Positions 62,160 to 64,000 of a stretch of 64,000 bases of DNA are shown here, piece by piece. Each line of letters starts with the position of its first letter. The stretch's first letter is position 1. Origin of the DNA: Selaginella moellendorffii (Eukaryota > Plantae > Lycopodiophyta). The stretch spans positions 1,642,912 to 1,706,911 of the forward strand of contig NW_003314301.1 in assembly GCF_000143415.4 (NCBI RefSeq). Reading direction: 5' to 3'. Position numbers and translations under genes: made by a program. A model generated the notes under the pieces. That model saw nothing but the letters and a program-made list of their open reading frames with translations, was not told the DNA's origin and did no database searches.

Positions 62160-63764
62160 ATGGCTATAGCTCCACCAAAGGATACTTTCTCGTGGAATTT
62201 GATGCTCTCAAGGTCATCTAGCATCGAAAATGCCGAGAACATCTTTTATTCCATGCCAAATCGTGACATTGTGTCATGGAATACCATGCTATCGCTACTT
62301 GCCCGGCACAGCCACCATGACAAAGCCATGTCCACATTCCAGGCTATGCCGTACCACAACCAAATCTCATGGACCACGATGCTTCTAGTATATGCCGAGG
62401 GTGGGAATCTTCTCCAGACGCAGCGCCTCTTTGTGCAGATGCCACATCGGGATCTTATTTCCTGGAATGCCCTGCTCGGAGCATATACCCAAACCGGGCA
62501 TATTCTCGAGGCTATTAGACTCTTTGAAAGAATGCCTCTGTGGAATCTCGTGTCGTACACAAGCATCTTGACATTGTATGGGCAGAGCGCGAATCTTTTC
62601 CAAGCCAGAGACGTGTTTGAGAATATGCCCGAGCATAACATCGTGACGTGGAACTCTATGCTAGCGGCATATGCCCGTATCGGGCATCTAGACGATGCGT
62701 GGGCCACGTTCGAGAATATGCCCCAAACGGATCTCTTTACGTGGACCACCTTGTTAGTAGCCTGCTGCGAAAGTGGGAACATAGAGTATGCCAAGAAAGT
62801 CTATGAGAAGATGCCAGAGGGATGCGTTGTGGCCTGGAATGCGATGGTGTCGGCCCTTGCCGAGAACGGGCATCTGGAAGACGCCGCGCGCGTGTTTGAG
62901 AATATGCCCGAGCACAGCATCGTTTCTTGGACCGCTATGGTTACGGCTTATTCTCGCAATGGCTTGCTAGAGCACGCGACAAGGGTTTTCGATCTAATGC
63001 CGCATCACAACACTGTGGCACTCAATGCCATGCTGGATGCCTACTCGTCGAGCGGCCACTGCGATCACGCCAAGCGCTTCTTCGATCGCATGCTACAGCG
63101 GAATCAGGTCTCCTGGAACACGATTCTGTGCGCGTTCTTGCGGAGCGGGCAGATCGACGAGGCCAGATCGCTGTTCTTCGGCATGCCGCGGGACGAAATA
63201 TCGTGGACGGCGCTCCTCGCCGCCACTGCGCAGCTAGGTCGTCTCGCCGCGGCCAAGAAGCTCTTTGATTCCATGCCGGAGCCGGGGATTGTGTCACAGG
63301 GGGCAATGCTGGCCGGATTCGCGAGCAGCGGCCATTCCACCGCGGTGATCGATCGATTTCATGAGCTCCAGATGGTGCTGGAGCCGCGCCCGCTCTCCTT
63401 CCTCGCCGTGCTCATCGCTTGCAATCACACAGGCAAGACGTTCGAAGGGAGGAGCTACTTCGTGTCGATGGCGATGGATCACGGCCTTCGGCCGAGCAAG
63501 CAGCACTACTGCTGCGTGGTGGATCTCCTGGGCCGGGCAGGGCATCTGGATTTCGCCGAGGAGCTCATCGCGAGCATGCCATTCGAGCCAAATATTCTCG
63601 AGTGGACGTGCTTGCTGGGGGCGTGTCGAAGCTACAAGGATTCTTGCCGTGAATCGCGTGTGATGCAGCGAGTGATGGAGCTCGATCCACGGACGGGAGG
63701 CGGAGAGGCAGCGTCGGTGCTTCTCTCGAGCATCCATTTCATGGCTGGGAGGCTTAAATCTTAG
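62160..63764 (+). CDS. PLS-class PPR protein with E domain (534 aa)
   Basis: 31-aa motif array, then HYCCVVDLLGRAG..WTCLLGAC..ASVLLSSIH. Confidence 0.9.
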   Translation: MAIAPPKDTFSWNLMLSRSSSIENAENIFYSMPNRDIVSWNTMLSLLARHSHHDKAMSTFQAMPYHNQISWTTMLLVYAEGGNLLQTQRLFVQMPHRDLISWNALLGAYTQTGHILEAIRLFERMPLWNLVSYTSILTLYGQSANLFQARDVFENMPEHNIVTWNSMLAAYARIGHLDDAWATFENMPQTDLFTWTTLLVACCESGNIEYAKKVYEKMPEGCVVAWNAMVSALAENGHLEDAARVFENMPEHSIVSWTAMVTAYSRNGLLEHATRVFDLMPHHNTVALNAMLDAYSSSGHCDHAKRFFDRMLQRNQVSWNTILCAFLRSGQIDEARSLFFGMPRDEISWTALLAATAQLGRLAAAKKLFDSMPEPGIVSQGAMLAGFASSGHSTAVIDRFHELQMVLEPRPLSFLAVLIACNHTGKTFEGRSYFVSMAMDHGLRPSKQHYCCVVDLLGRAGHLDFAEELIASMPFEPNILEWTCLLGACRSYKDSCRESRVMQRVMELDPRTGGGEAASVLLSSIHFMAGRLKS

Positions 63765-63769
63765 GGTTT

Positions 63770-64000
63770 ATGGGCAAGAACAGGTTCTACGCTGTGCGCC
63801 AAGGCCGCCAGCCGGGAATCTACACATCGTGGATGGAATGCCGGAAACAGGTGGGGATTTTGGAGAGAAATCGTTTCGCGATGCTCATGAGCGATGCTTT
63901 CCAGGTCGATGGATTCGCCATGGCCGAGTACAAGAGCTTCTCTTTGAAAAGCGAGGCCAAGCTTTATCTTTCATCTCTCCAGCCCCAGCAAAACTCTAAG
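63770..64000 (+). CDS. RNase H1-type protein, N-terminal hybrid-binding domain (partial, runs off the window)
   Basis: MGKNRFYAVRQGRQPGIYTSWMECRKQ, intron 63851-63904, then VDGFAMAEYKSF..EA, matching the FYAVxxGxxxGIYxxWxxC..V.GF..A.YK.F motif. Confidence 0.82.
   Translation, partial: MGKNRFYAVRQGRQPGIYTSWMECRKQVGILERNRFAMLMSDAFQVDGFAMAEYKSFSLKSEAKLYLSSLQPQQNSK

Noticed and set aside
47467-63737. Many antisense and alternative-frame ORFs over the PPR genes
   Set aside because: Shadow ORFs of GC-rich coding sequence with no recognisable motifs.

Overview
Eukaryotic (land plant) genomic DNA. The ~50-nt introns, very short intergenic spaces and many intronless PLS-class PPR genes built from long runs of 31-aa motifs point to a lycophyte such as Selaginella (inference). 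The window has two parts. Part 1 (1-40 kb) is a decayed accessory domain with two apparently intact genes (a CYP71-clan P450 and a conserved unknown protein). It also holds many rearranged pseudogene fragments (PPR, pfkB/pseudouridine kinase, RPS3a, TFIIA-L, two double-AP2 genes, IVD, CCR, FPPS), nested Ty3/gypsy remains, a young non-coding LTR element with a TSD, and Cassandra-like TRIMs carrying 5S rDNA. Part 2 (40.9-64 kb) is an extremely compact gene block: class III peroxidase, ClpR3, LPA1-like P-loop kinase, ASHH3-like SET gene, TFIIIA, FEX fluoride exporter, five PPR genes and the start of an RNase H1-type gene. The main finding is a complete 5S rRNA-fold mimic inside TFIIIA intron 2. 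It lies in a different intron from the angiosperm P5SM, retains loop E, and buries alternative 5' splice sites in its helices. Other highlights are a circularly permuted gypsy pol fragment whose integrase carries a 47-nt spliceosomal-type intron, a chain of captured gene fragments, and five genes packed with spacers of -6, 20, 29 and 5 nt. All family calls come from motif recognition by eye; no database searches were run.
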